Shown one piece after another: positions 1 through 8,200 of a DNA stretch of 36,506 bases; the stretch's first letter is position 1; each line of letters begins with the position of its first letter. This DNA is from Pseudomonadota bacterium. GTDB lineage: Bacteria; Bdellovibrionota; FAC87; UBA2466. The notes beneath the pieces are model-generated. The model did no database searches. It was given only the letters and a program-made list of their open reading frames with translations, and was not told the DNA's origin. Made by a program: the position numbers and the translations under genes. The stretch spans positions 1 to 36,506 of the forward strand of contig JAYUGC010000056.1 of the NCBI GenBank assembly GCA_043767805.1, read 5' to 3'.

Positions 1-1013
1 GCGGCGGAGGCTTTGGCGCCCTCGGGGCCGAGGATGTTCAACATCGCAAATAGCGCTCTTGGTTTCGTGTCTCCCAAGGTCAGCCCCAAAACCGCTCTCA
101 AATGATTTTCGAACTGGCTCGAAGGGCAAGCGTCCTGGGAATAGTGCGCGCTATTGTGCACGCGCGGCGCGATCTCGTTGACCAATAAACCGCCGTCCTC
201 TTTTTCAAAAAGCTCGAGCGCGAGGACGCCGACATAATCCAGAGACTCCGCTAACCGGCGGACGTAATCGACGGCGAGGGCTTCTTGGGCGGCCGTGTTG
301 CCGAGTTTCGTCGCGGGACCGATGACCAGGGAACAAATTCCGTTTTGCTGCTTCGACTGAACTAAAGGATAAGCCACGAACTCGCCCGTTCGGGAGCGGC
401 AGCCCGCCACCGCGAGCTCACGCCGAAACGGGATTTTCGCTTCGGCGTAAAGACGGCCGCCGTTTTTTGAGCCGGCCATGCCGAAAGCGGCGATAGCCGC
501 GACATCGGGCCGAGCGGGATCGAAAAAGTGGAGACCCTTGCCGTCGTATCCCATGCGCGCCCATTTCAGAACCGCGCCCTTTGGAAAGGTCTGAGCGAGT
601 GTCGCGGGAGATACCGCCGGAGTCAGCTCGATCCAGGGAGCCGTGGGAATGCCGAGACCATCCAGCAACTGCTTCTGGTTCATCTTGTCCTGAAGCCGCT
701 CGAGTACCGTCAGAGACGGTAGAAAAGTCAGCTGGGGAAACTCGGCCGCGAGCCGCGACAAACGTTTAGTGTCGACGAACTCGTTCTCAAAAGTGACGAC
801 ATCGACTTGAGAGTAAAACGCTCTCAAGACGCGCGGGTCGTCCAGGGTACCCAAGACCGCGGGGCAAACCCGGGCCGCGGGATCGTCGGCGTTCTGGGTG
901 AGGACCCGGACCTCGGCTTTTACGCGGACCGCTGCTTGGGCCAGCATGCGCGCAAGCTGGCCGCCGCCTATAATGCCTACTTTCTGGGTTTTGGAAGGTT
1001 TAGGGGTGGCCAT
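1..1013 (-). CDS. purK: N5-carboxyaminoimidazole ribonucleotide synthase, 3' end runs off the window
   Basis: Not in the ORF track. Manual translation from ATG 1013 gives MATPKPSKTQKVGIIGGGQLARMLAQAA...DVVTFENEFVD...LKWARMGYDGKG...LLVNEIAPRVHNSAHY, which are PurK ATP-grasp motifs. Confidence 0.95.
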   Translation of the reverse strand, partial: MATPKPSKTQKVGIIGGGQLARMLAQAAVRVKAEVRVLTQNADDPAARVCPAVLGTLDDPRVLRAFYSQVDVVTFENEFVDTKRLSRLAAEFPQLTFLPSLTVLERLQDKMNQKQLLDGLGIPTAPWIELTPAVSPATLAQTFPKGAVLKWARMGYDGKGLHFFDPARPDVAAIAAFGMAGSKNGGRLYAEAKIPFRRELAVAGCRSRTGEFVAYPLVQSKQQNGICSLVIGPATKLGNTAAQEALAVDYVRRLAESLDYVGVLALELFEKEDGGLLVNEIAPRVHNSAHYSQDACPSSQFENHLRAVLGLTLGDTKPRALFAMLNILGPEGAKASA

Positions 1014-1059
1014 GGAAGCCGCGATTAAAGCCTTGGGAGGAGGGTTTCGTCAAACCGGC

Positions 1060-1605
1060 CTATGGCCGGGACGCCAGCTGGCACCAATTGGTCTTCGCTT
1101 TGGTGCCTCCGTCGTAGGGGTAGGCGAGTTTGGCGTTGAGCAACTTTTCGCTCACCGATACGTCGTCGGCCACCACATCGGCGAGGATACGAAAATACTT
1201 GTCCCGCTGAATATTACGGAGCTCGATATGCTTGGCCTTCTCGAGCAGATGAGTGACGACTTCTTTCGCCTCCCGCGCCCGGTCTTTCTCGCACGGGCCC
1301 TTTCCCTTCATTTCCGGGGTATCGATGCCGAAAACGCGGACCGAGATGTTCTTGCCTAAGATAGGAGGCACATTCGGAATCTGGAACGTGATCGTGTCGC
1401 CGTCGTAGTTGTGATCGAATTTCACGCAGCGAAAGGTGGAAGGATCGTGGGCGCAGTTGCCTTTGGCGGCCGTGGTCGTAGCCGGGCTCGTGGGCGCGGC
1501 GGCAGAGTCCGGCGCGCGATCGTCTTTGGGGCGCCAGGCGTAGCCCAAAACAAAACCAATCAAGACGCCAGCGATGAGAACGACGTTACGCATGCGTGAA
1601 GGCAT
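1060..1605 (-). CDS. Thermonuclease (SNase) family nuclease with N-terminal membrane anchor
   Basis: Motifs YDGDT, RVFGIDTPE and DKYFRILA; hydrophobic N-terminus followed by a P/A/T linker. Confidence 0.9.
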   Translation of the reverse strand: MPSRMRNVVLIAGVLIGFVLGYAWRPKDDRAPDSAAAPTSPATTTAAKGNCAHDPSTFRCVKFDHNYDGDTITFQIPNVPPILGKNISVRVFGIDTPEMKGKGPCEKDRAREAKEVVTHLLEKAKHIELRNIQRDKYFRILADVVADDVSVSEKLLNAKLAYPYDGGTKAKTNWCQLASRP

Positions 1606-1616
1606 TCTGACTTAAA

Positions 1617-2288
1617 TCACGCCTGAAGAAAAGCGATGGCGGGGGCCTGATCTCTTTCTTCCGCGATCTGAAGGGGCGTCTTTCCGTCCTCAGCCTTTCG
1701 ATCGAGAGCCGCGCCCGCTGCTTTGAGTAAACGAAGGACTTCGAGATTGCCGTGGCCGGCCGCGGAATGGGCGGCGGTGAAGCCGCCCTTCTGAGAGGCG
1801 TTCGGATCGGCTCCCGCCTTTAGGAGCAAATCGACCGTGCGCGCCGCTTTCGCGTGATCCTTTTGGGCGGCCGCGGAATTAATCACGTGCAGATGCGCGT
1901 CGTTGCGAGACACCAAGTTCGGATCGGCGCTTTTTTCGAGAAGCGCCGCTACTACTTCGGCGTGCCCGAAAAAAGCCGCCAAATGAAGCAGGGAAAACCC
2001 GTCGGGAGCGAACGCTTTGGGCAGATCGGGACTTCTCTCCAAAGCCGCGCGGATAGCTTTCAAATCTCCGAACGCGGCCGACTCATAAACGCTCGCCGCC
2101 GTAGCCCGCAAGGCCGCGAGCGTCCGGGCCATGTCCACCCGGCCGCAGTAAATGGCGTAGAGGACCGGGCTCATCCCATTCGCATCGGTGGCAAAGGCGA
2201 GGCTCGGATTGCCTTTCAAGAGGTCGGTAACGGCACCCAAGTTGCCGGCTTGAATCAGCGAGAAGAGCGACCGGACTAGCGTTTCCAT
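1617..2288 (-). CDS. Ankyrin repeat protein
   Basis: Repeated ankyrin motifs GMSPVLYA, GFSLLHLAAFFGH, GFTAAHSAAGHGN and GKTPLQIA. Overlaps the pepP 3' end. Confidence 0.93.
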   Translation of the reverse strand: METLVRSLFSLIQAGNLGAVTDLLKGNPSLAFATDANGMSPVLYAIYCGRVDMARTLAALRATAASVYESAAFGDLKAIRAALERSPDLPKAFAPDGFSLLHLAAFFGHAEVVAALLEKSADPNLVSRNDAHLHVINSAAAQKDHAKAARTVDLLLKAGADPNASQKGGFTAAHSAAGHGNLEVLRLLKAAGAALDRKAEDGKTPLQIAEERDQAPAIAFLQA

Positions 2289-3724
2289 AATTTGCGGACC
2301 CAGCGCTCTACCGCTTCGGCCTCGCTCGGAATCGACGAGGAAAGGACTTTGCAGCCCTTTTCGGTGACTACTACGTCGTCCTCGATGCGAACGCCGATGC
2401 CGCGGTACTTCGCGGGTACCGTCAGATCGTCCGGCTGGAAATAAAGGCCGGGCTCCACGGTGAGAATCATGCCGGCTTCGAGCTTTCCGAACTTATACGC
2501 TTCAGCGCGGGCTTGCGCGCAGTCATGAACGTCGAGCCCGAGCATGTGGCTCACGTTATGTAACGTGTAGCGCCTATAAAACTGATTCTCGGGCTTCAGC
2601 GCCTCTTCGGCGGGCATGGAGAGAAGGCCGAGCCATTCCAGCCCGTGAGCGAGCACTTTCATCGCCGTACGGTTGGGCGCCATGAAATCGTTGCCCGGCT
2701 TTACTTCCTTGAACGCGGCTAGTTGCGCCGCGTGCACCAATTCGTAAATCGCGCGCTGTTCTTTGGAGAACTTTCCGCTGAGCGGAATGGTCCGCGTGAT
2801 GTCGGCCGTATAAAACGAATTGCCTTCGATGCCGGCGTCGAGAAGAAGCAAATCGCCTTTGGTGAGCTTGCCGTCGTTACGCTTCCAATGAAGCGTGCAG
2901 GCGTGATCGCCCGAAGCGACGATGGAACCGTAACCCACGTCGTTACCTTCCATGCGCGCGCGGGTGAAAAACACGCCTTCCAGCTCGCGCTCGGATTTCG
3001 CGGTCTTCATGCGCCGAATGACGTCTTCGAAGCCGCGCTGAGTGGAGTTGATCACCGCGCGCATTTCTTTCACTTCCTCGGCGTCTTTCAAGAGACGCAT
3101 TTCGGAGAGAAACGCCCCGAACTCGCCGTCTCGGCCGACCTGCTCGGGAGCGAAATCGAGCTGGGCTTCGAGAGAGGTCGAGTGCCCGCGCAAGATCCGC
3201 ATTCCTTTTGCGGAACGGCGCCCGCTTTCCAAGGCCGCCGTCAACTCGCCGAGTGCGCGGCATTCGAGCCCGTAATGCGCGGCACTTTCCGGAACGCCCA
3301 TGCGGGCGCCTTCCCAAAGCTCACCCTTAATGCGATCGGTGAAAAAAGTCGCATCCGCCTTTCCCGGGTTCGGTTCCACGAAGAGCACTTCCAGGTGCTT
3401 GCCGTTGCCTTGTGGAAAGAACACCAAAACGCAATCGGGCTCGGCATTTCCGGTGAGATAGAAAAAATCGGAAGCCGGGCGAAAGGGGTAGTGGGTGTCG
3501 TTCGCGCGGATTTTCAGATGTCCCGCGGGAAGCACCAGAAGCTCGCCTTTGAACTCGGCCGACACCACCGCCCGCCGCCGCTTGAAATTCGCCTGATTAC
3601 GGACCGGAGCGGGTTTCGCCGCCTTCGGCTTCCAGCTTTTCAGCATGAACTCGATGAGATTTGGCGGCGCATCGGAGTCGTGGCTGGATTTGGAGGGCAT
3701 CGGCTTTTGCTCGAAGGTATTCAT
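2276..3724 (-). CDS. pepP: Xaa-Pro aminopeptidase (M24B)
   Basis: FRPASDFFYLTG, DAG..YTADITRT, SHMLGLDVHD, TVEPGLYF, GVRIEDD. Start placed at ATG 3724 because a TATGCT -10 box lies 7 nt upstream; the track start 3736 falls inside that box. Confidence 0.93.
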   Translation of the reverse strand: MNTFEQKPMPSKSSHDSDAPPNLIEFMLKSWKPKAAKPAPVRNQANFKRRRAVVSAEFKGELLVLPAGHLKIRANDTHYPFRPASDFFYLTGNAEPDCVLVFFPQGNGKHLEVLFVEPNPGKADATFFTDRIKGELWEGARMGVPESAAHYGLECRALGELTAALESGRRSAKGMRILRGHSTSLEAQLDFAPEQVGRDGEFGAFLSEMRLLKDAEEVKEMRAVINSTQRGFEDVIRRMKTAKSERELEGVFFTRARMEGNDVGYGSIVASGDHACTLHWKRNDGKLTKGDLLLLDAGIEGNSFYTADITRTIPLSGKFSKEQRAIYELVHAAQLAAFKEVKPGNDFMAPNRTAMKVLAHGLEWLGLLSMPAEEALKPENQFYRRYTLHNVSHMLGLDVHDCAQARAEAYKFGKLEAGMILTVEPGLYFQPDDLTVPAKYRGIGVRIEDDVVVTEKGCKVLSSSIPSEAEAVERWVRKLWKR

Positions 3725-3772
3725 GGAGCCGAGCATAGCCCGGCCTCTGAAAAAAGACGAGAGGGAGCCGGT

Positions 3773-4774
3773 CTAGAGCCCCGAGTGCGAAAGTAGCCAC
3801 CAGGTCATGGCGGACACGAAAGCGGACGCCGGAATCGTGAGTATCCAGGCCCAGACGATTCGTTCGGCAACGCCCCAGCGGATGGCGGAGAGCTTACTAA
3901 CCGCGCCGACACCGATGATGGAGCCCGTAATGGTATGGGTGGTCGAGACAGGAATGCCGAGAGCGGTCGCGGCAAAGAGAGTGATGGCGCCCGAGGTCTC
4001 CGCCGAGAACCCACCGACGGGCTTCAGCTTCGTGATCTTCATTCCCATGGTTTTCACGATGCGCCAGCCGCCAAAAAGCGTCCCGAAACCCATTGCCGCG
4101 TGACAAGAGAGAACGACCCAAAGCGGGATGTGGAACTCTTTGCCCATCATGCCCGACGAGAAGAGCAGTACCGCGATGATGCCCATGGTCTTTTGGGCGT
4201 CGTTGCCGCCGTGACCGAGACTATAGAGAGCGGCCGAGACCAGTTGCAGGCGCCGGAACCAATGGTCCACTTTGCGCGGAGTCTGGCGGATGCAGATCAT
4301 CGAAACAATGGTCATCAAGATGTAGCCCAGCACCATGCCGAGAAGCGGAGAGAGCACAATGGACGCGGCGATTTTTGCAAAGCCCCAAAAGTTGAGGGCG
4401 TGAATGCCGGCCTTCGCGACGGCAGCGCCCCCCAAGCCTCCGATAAGGGCATGCGACGAGCTCGAAGGAATGCCATAGTACCAGGTAATCAGGTTCCAGA
4501 TGACCGCGCCGACCAAGGTCGCAAAGAGCAGAAGCGGATCGGCGACACTCGGATCGATGATGCCTTTGCCGATAGTGTTGGCCACGTGGAGGCCGAAAAA
4601 GAGGAAAGCGATGAAGTTAAATCCCGCCGCCCAAATGACCGCCGTGTGAGGTCGGAGGACGCGGGTCGAGACGACCGTGGCGATGGAGTTCGCGGCGTCG
4701 TGAAAGCCGTTGATGAAGTCGAAGATCAGGGCCATCCCGATGGTGGCGTAGATCAGCATCATTGAGTGTGCCAT
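3773..4774 (-). CDS. pit: PiT family inorganic phosphate transporter
   Basis: NGFHDAANSIAT, PSSSSHALIGG, HGGNDAQKTMG and PVSTTH signature motifs. Confidence 0.96.
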   Translation of the reverse strand: MAHSMMLIYATIGMALIFDFINGFHDAANSIATVVSTRVLRPHTAVIWAAGFNFIAFLFFGLHVANTIGKGIIDPSVADPLLLFATLVGAVIWNLITWYYGIPSSSSHALIGGLGGAAVAKAGIHALNFWGFAKIAASIVLSPLLGMVLGYILMTIVSMICIRQTPRKVDHWFRRLQLVSAALYSLGHGGNDAQKTMGIIAVLLFSSGMMGKEFHIPLWVVLSCHAAMGFGTLFGGWRIVKTMGMKITKLKPVGGFSAETSGAITLFAATALGIPVSTTHTITGSIIGVGAVSKLSAIRWGVAERIVWAWILTIPASAFVSAMTWWLLSHSGL

Positions 4775-4779
4775 GAGCG

Positions 4780-5406
4780 TTAAGCGTATTCCAGAACGAT
4801 GCCGTCGATGACGTTAGCTACGTCCTCGCAGCGATCGGTGACGGTTTCTAAGAGCTCGTAGATTTCCTTGAGCTTGATGAGCTGTCTGATGTCGGGCTCT
4901 TCTCTGAAGAGACGGGCGAGACCGGAGCGAAGCACGTGATCAGCGTCATTTTCGAGACGGTTGATCTCGACGCAGGTCTTGATGATGTTCTCGGGGTGCT
5001 TGAGATTATCGAGGGCGCTTACCGCCGACTGAACGAGGCGCGCCGACTGCACGCAGATCTCGGCGAGCTCTTGGCCTTCTTTCGGCATCTCGGTGACGCC
5101 GTACATGAAAATTCTTTGAGCGGCGGCATCCGTGAAGTCGAGGATATCGTCCATGCGGGAGGTGAGCGTGTGAATATCTTCCCGATCGAGCGGGGTGATG
5201 AACGTCTTGTGGAGAAGATCCATCGTCTGATGGGTGATCTCGTCTCCCTTGTGCTCGATGTTCTTGATGGAGCGGACGCGCCGTTCGGCTTCCCCCATGT
5301 TCGTGGTCAATTCTTTGAACTCGACCGCGCCTTGAACGATGCAATCGGCGAGCTCTTTGAAGAGATCAAAGAAGCGGCCCTCTTTGGGCATCAAGCTAGA
5401 AAACAT
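4780..5406 (-). CDS. DUF47 / PhoU-like phosphate transport regulator (Pit accessory protein)
   Basis: MFSSLMPKEGRFFDLF...EHKGD...TFITPLDREDI...TDRCEDVANVI. GGGGGA SD before ATG 5406, so the track start at 5592 is over-extended. Directly upstream of pit. Confidence 0.93.
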   Translation of the reverse strand: MFSSLMPKEGRFFDLFKELADCIVQGAVEFKELTTNMGEAERRVRSIKNIEHKGDEITHQTMDLLHKTFITPLDREDIHTLTSRMDDILDFTDAAAQRIFMYGVTEMPKEGQELAEICVQSARLVQSAVSALDNLKHPENIIKTCVEINRLENDADHVLRSGLARLFREEPDIRQLIKLKEIYELLETVTDRCEDVANVIDGIVLEYA

Positions 5407-5614
5407 TGCTTCCCCCAGGAATGCAGAGTTGTGACGCATTCTTCTACTCGCCCGCTTGCCGCTTATCAAGACGTGGATAAAGGTTCCTTTTGGACAGCCG
5501 GATCTGGCCCCGGAGCTAAGGGCTCGAATACCACGAAAAATCTCCGCCCGACCTAAGACAAGGGAATTCGGCGCGGGATGGATGGTACGCAAGTAATCGT
5601 AATATCAGTGAAAT

Positions 5615-5633
5615 TGGCAAAAGCCTGGCAAAA
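5615..5633 (-). promoter_or_regulatory. Candidate OmpR/PhoB-type operator (TTTTGCCA x2, 11-bp period)
   Basis: tggcaaaa at 5615-5622 and 5626-5633, upstream of DUF47-pit. Confidence 0.3.
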
Positions 5634-5634
5634 A

Positions 5635-5913
5635 CTAATTGGACGGGGGCGCGATGGCGAGATCTCGGTAGGCGAAGATTACGTTTACGCGGTAGAGTTC
5701 TTCGTCTCCTTCGCTTTCGGAGGAGATTTTGCGTTTCATCGCTTCGCCTTTGCACTCGAAGTGGCTATCGACGTGAATTTCGGTGACGTCGACTTTGCGT
5801 TTCCCGTCTTTGAAGAAGGTCTGAAGGGTAACGCGGCAGTTTTCTTTCCCGCCTTCGTGAGCAATTCCGGTCGTCGCTAAAGCAAAGAACGCCAAAAAGA
5901 AAATGCGGGCCAT
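5635..5913 (-). CDS. Small secreted hypothetical protein
   Basis: Signal peptide MARIFFLAFFALATTGIA, GAGGTG SD, two Cys, sigma54-type promoter upstream. Confidence 0.75.
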   Translation of the reverse strand: MARIFFLAFFALATTGIAHEGGKENCRVTLQTFFKDGKRKVDVTEIHVDSHFECKGEAMKRKISSESEGDEELYRVNVIFAYRDLAIAPPSN

Positions 5914-5936
5914 CGGTCACCTCGGTTGCTCGGAAC

Positions 5937-5952
5937 TGCAATCGTGGTTCCA
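5937..5952 (-). promoter_or_regulatory. Sigma54 -24/-12 promoter
   Basis: TGGAACCACGATTGCA (GG-N10-GC). The predicted +1 falls just before the SD of gene 5635-5913. Confidence 0.65.
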
Positions 5953-6027
5953 GCCTGCGCTGGGCTTGGGAACGGCGCACTTGCCGTAACAGGGCACGCG
6001 TTTGTCGGCGAACTGCGCAGAATACAC

Positions 6028-6230
6028 GTTCGCCTTCGGCGTTCGATCCGGCCCAGTCACTGGTTGCTGGATGCTGGTACGAGGTAATCCATTGGTTCTT
6101 TCCCTCTCGGGCTGCTCGACATCGGCTGCTCGGTGCAAATGAGGAGTGCGGGAGGCCAAGATCAAAATAGCCTACCTCGTACCAGCATCCAGCAACCACT
6201 GACCGGCCGGATCGAACGCCGGAGGCGAAC
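6028..6230. repeat. Long imperfect inverted repeat (59/58-bp arms, 86-bp spacer); MITE/REPIN-like element or structured RNA
   Basis: 6028-6086 gttcgccttcggcgttcgatccggcccagtcactggttgctggatgctggtacgaggta is the reverse complement of 6173-6230 except for 3 mismatches and 1 indel. Confidence 0.9.
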
Positions 6231-6239
6231 CCCGGTGAG

Positions 6240-7409
6240 CTACTTCCGCTTGCGGAGACCGGTCCCCGCCATGCGGTTGAGGATGTACTGCCAACCGGGG
6301 CGTTGGCGCTGAACCGTCTTGTCGCGCCATTGACTAAACGAAGGCTGAAATCCCTGAGCGTCGCCGTTCATTTCGATGACGAAGGCCATCGTCTTCTCGT
6401 GGTCATACATCCAGTCCACCGAGCCGCCATCGACGTCATATAGCAATTCATACGAAGTACCGGCGCGATAAGTGCCATTCCCCGAATCCTTCACGAGCGT
6501 TTTCGCGAGCTCTTTGCCGACGGTGATGTAGGTAGCCGCATCGGTGCCGGAGATTTTATTTGGGCTGCAGCCGAACGGATAAATCACGATCTCCGAGAAC
6601 GAGTGATACGACACCGCCATCATCGGATGAATGCGAGAGGCGAGCGCGGTGATGGCTTTCGTCTCAAGCTCCGAGCCCGCGCTTTCCCCGCGGTAGGTTT
6701 CCGAAGATTTGCTTCCGGACGAACCGTTGCAGGCGTTCCATGCGTAGGGATAGTTCCGATTCACATCCACGCCGTAGCCGCCCTTCGTGTTCTTTCTCCA
6801 CATCGAGTTCGTGTTCCAGACATAATCGTTGCCGTCGGGGTTCATCATGGGCACGACCCAAATGTCGTTATTGTTCATCCACTTCTGAACGTTCGCGTCG
6901 GTCTCGTAATTCTTGGTGAGATAATCCACGATATCCAAAGCGACTTCCGTGGTCATGACCTCGCGGGCGTGGTGCATGGCATCGAATAGCACCGCTTTTT
7001 TCGGAATGTTCGGCATCACGAACTTTGCGGTGAGATGGATGGCGAGTAGATCCTGGCCATTCGCGGTCTTGCCGATGACTTCCAGGGTGGCAAGATGGGG
7101 ATAATGATCTTCGGCATCTTTGAGCGCGCGCTCTACGTCCGCGTAGTGCTTGAATTGAGAATCGGGAGATCGAATCGGACGCTGCGAGACGATGCGCAAA
7201 TCAGAAACCTGGCGAAGGGTGCTGTCGGGCATCACCAAGGTGACGGTGCCTTTATCGAGATTGACGCCGCCGATGTCGAACCCGCGATCGACAAGACGCT
7301 TCAAGTCCATCACGTTGCCGTAAGGCACTTCGACGTAATGGGAGGTCTCCGGAACGGGAAGGCCGGCAGTCAGAAACAGTCCACCCAGAAAGGCGAGCAA
7401 GGCTTGCAT
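6240..7409 (-). CDS. Secreted M14 zinc carboxypeptidase (carboxypeptidase T-like)
   Basis: HHARE, NPDG, WRKN, GVDVNRNY, SYHSF, GGSVDW and IEM motifs; signal peptide and propeptide. Confidence 0.93.
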   Translation of the reverse strand: MQALLAFLGGLFLTAGLPVPETSHYVEVPYGNVMDLKRLVDRGFDIGGVNLDKGTVTLVMPDSTLRQVSDLRIVSQRPIRSPDSQFKHYADVERALKDAEDHYPHLATLEVIGKTANGQDLLAIHLTAKFVMPNIPKKAVLFDAMHHAREVMTTEVALDIVDYLTKNYETDANVQKWMNNNDIWVVPMMNPDGNDYVWNTNSMWRKNTKGGYGVDVNRNYPYAWNACNGSSGSKSSETYRGESAGSELETKAITALASRIHPMMAVSYHSFSEIVIYPFGCSPNKISGTDAATYITVGKELAKTLVKDSGNGTYRAGTSYELLYDVDGGSVDWMYDHEKTMAFVIEMNGDAQGFQPSFSQWRDKTVQRQRPGWQYILNRMAGTGLRKRK

Positions 7410-7514
7410 GAATTTTCCCCTTTCCCTAATTGTACGGGAGGAGAGGACCGGGGAAGGGATCGCGCCAGGTCTACCTTAACGGATGATCACGGCGCTCAAG
7501 ACGCAGCGCAACGC

Positions 7515-8087
7515 TCATCGGGGCCAGGTGAGCCACATCCAGGCCGTGAGCAGGCAAACCAAAAACAGGGCCGACCACTGACGGATGGGCCACCACTTCG
7601 ACCATTCGGCTTCGGCCGGTTTCGCGGCAGCGAGAATGAGGAGCCCCGGCAGAAGGAGCGCCAAGAGTAGCGCGAGATGCGCTTTGCCCGGATCCGCCAG
7701 ATACCAAGAGAGTGTGACGTGGAGCTTTGGGAACTGGGAGAGCAGGAAAAAGAGATACGCGTAGTAGAAGCTTAAGTTCCGGACTCGCCGATAAAGGCCT
7801 TCTTGTCCCAAAGTATCGTCGTGAATGCGAGACAGCAGAATCAAGGATACGGCGGCCGCGATAAGCGTGAACGCTGCGAGGCCGCCGAGGGTAGGGCGCG
7901 CCAAATAACCGACGGCGAAAGTAGAAGCGGGAGCCAGGGCGATATTGACCGCGACCCCAAGCAAAGCGCGTTGCTCGACCGCGGTCGAAGTCTCTTGATG
8001 CCAAGAGCGATAGATCAAAAATACGAGCGAGCCGATGAGAACGGCTCCCACGATTCCCAAAAGCAGAAAGTTGGGCTGAAAAATCAT
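7515..8087 (-). CDS. Hypothetical polytopic membrane protein
   Basis: About six hydrophobic segments; AAGGGA SD. Confidence 0.65.
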   Translation of the reverse strand: MIFQPNFLLLGIVGAVLIGSLVFLIYRSWHQETSTAVEQRALLGVAVNIALAPASTFAVGYLARPTLGGLAAFTLIAAAVSLILLSRIHDDTLGQEGLYRRVRNLSFYYAYLFFLLSQFPKLHVTLSWYLADPGKAHLALLLALLLPGLLILAAAKPAEAEWSKWWPIRQWSALFLVCLLTAWMWLTWPR

Positions 8088-8200
8088 GGCATTCCCTTAC
8101 CATTGGGCGCGGCTCGCTGACAAAATTTAAAGAAGTTGCCGGGACTGCCTTAAAGATTGAGGATTATCCTAGCTGTAAATCATATCCAACGGGGGTCTTC

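Noticed and set aside
2723..5556. Long + strand ORFs (2723-3796, 3935-4765, 4936-5556)
   Set aside because: Antisense shadows of pepP, pit and DUF47, as expected in GC-rich coding DNA.
5765..6199. Track ORFs 5765-6199 and 5917-6165
   Set aside because: They run through the inverted-repeat element and a promoter and show no protein-like features.
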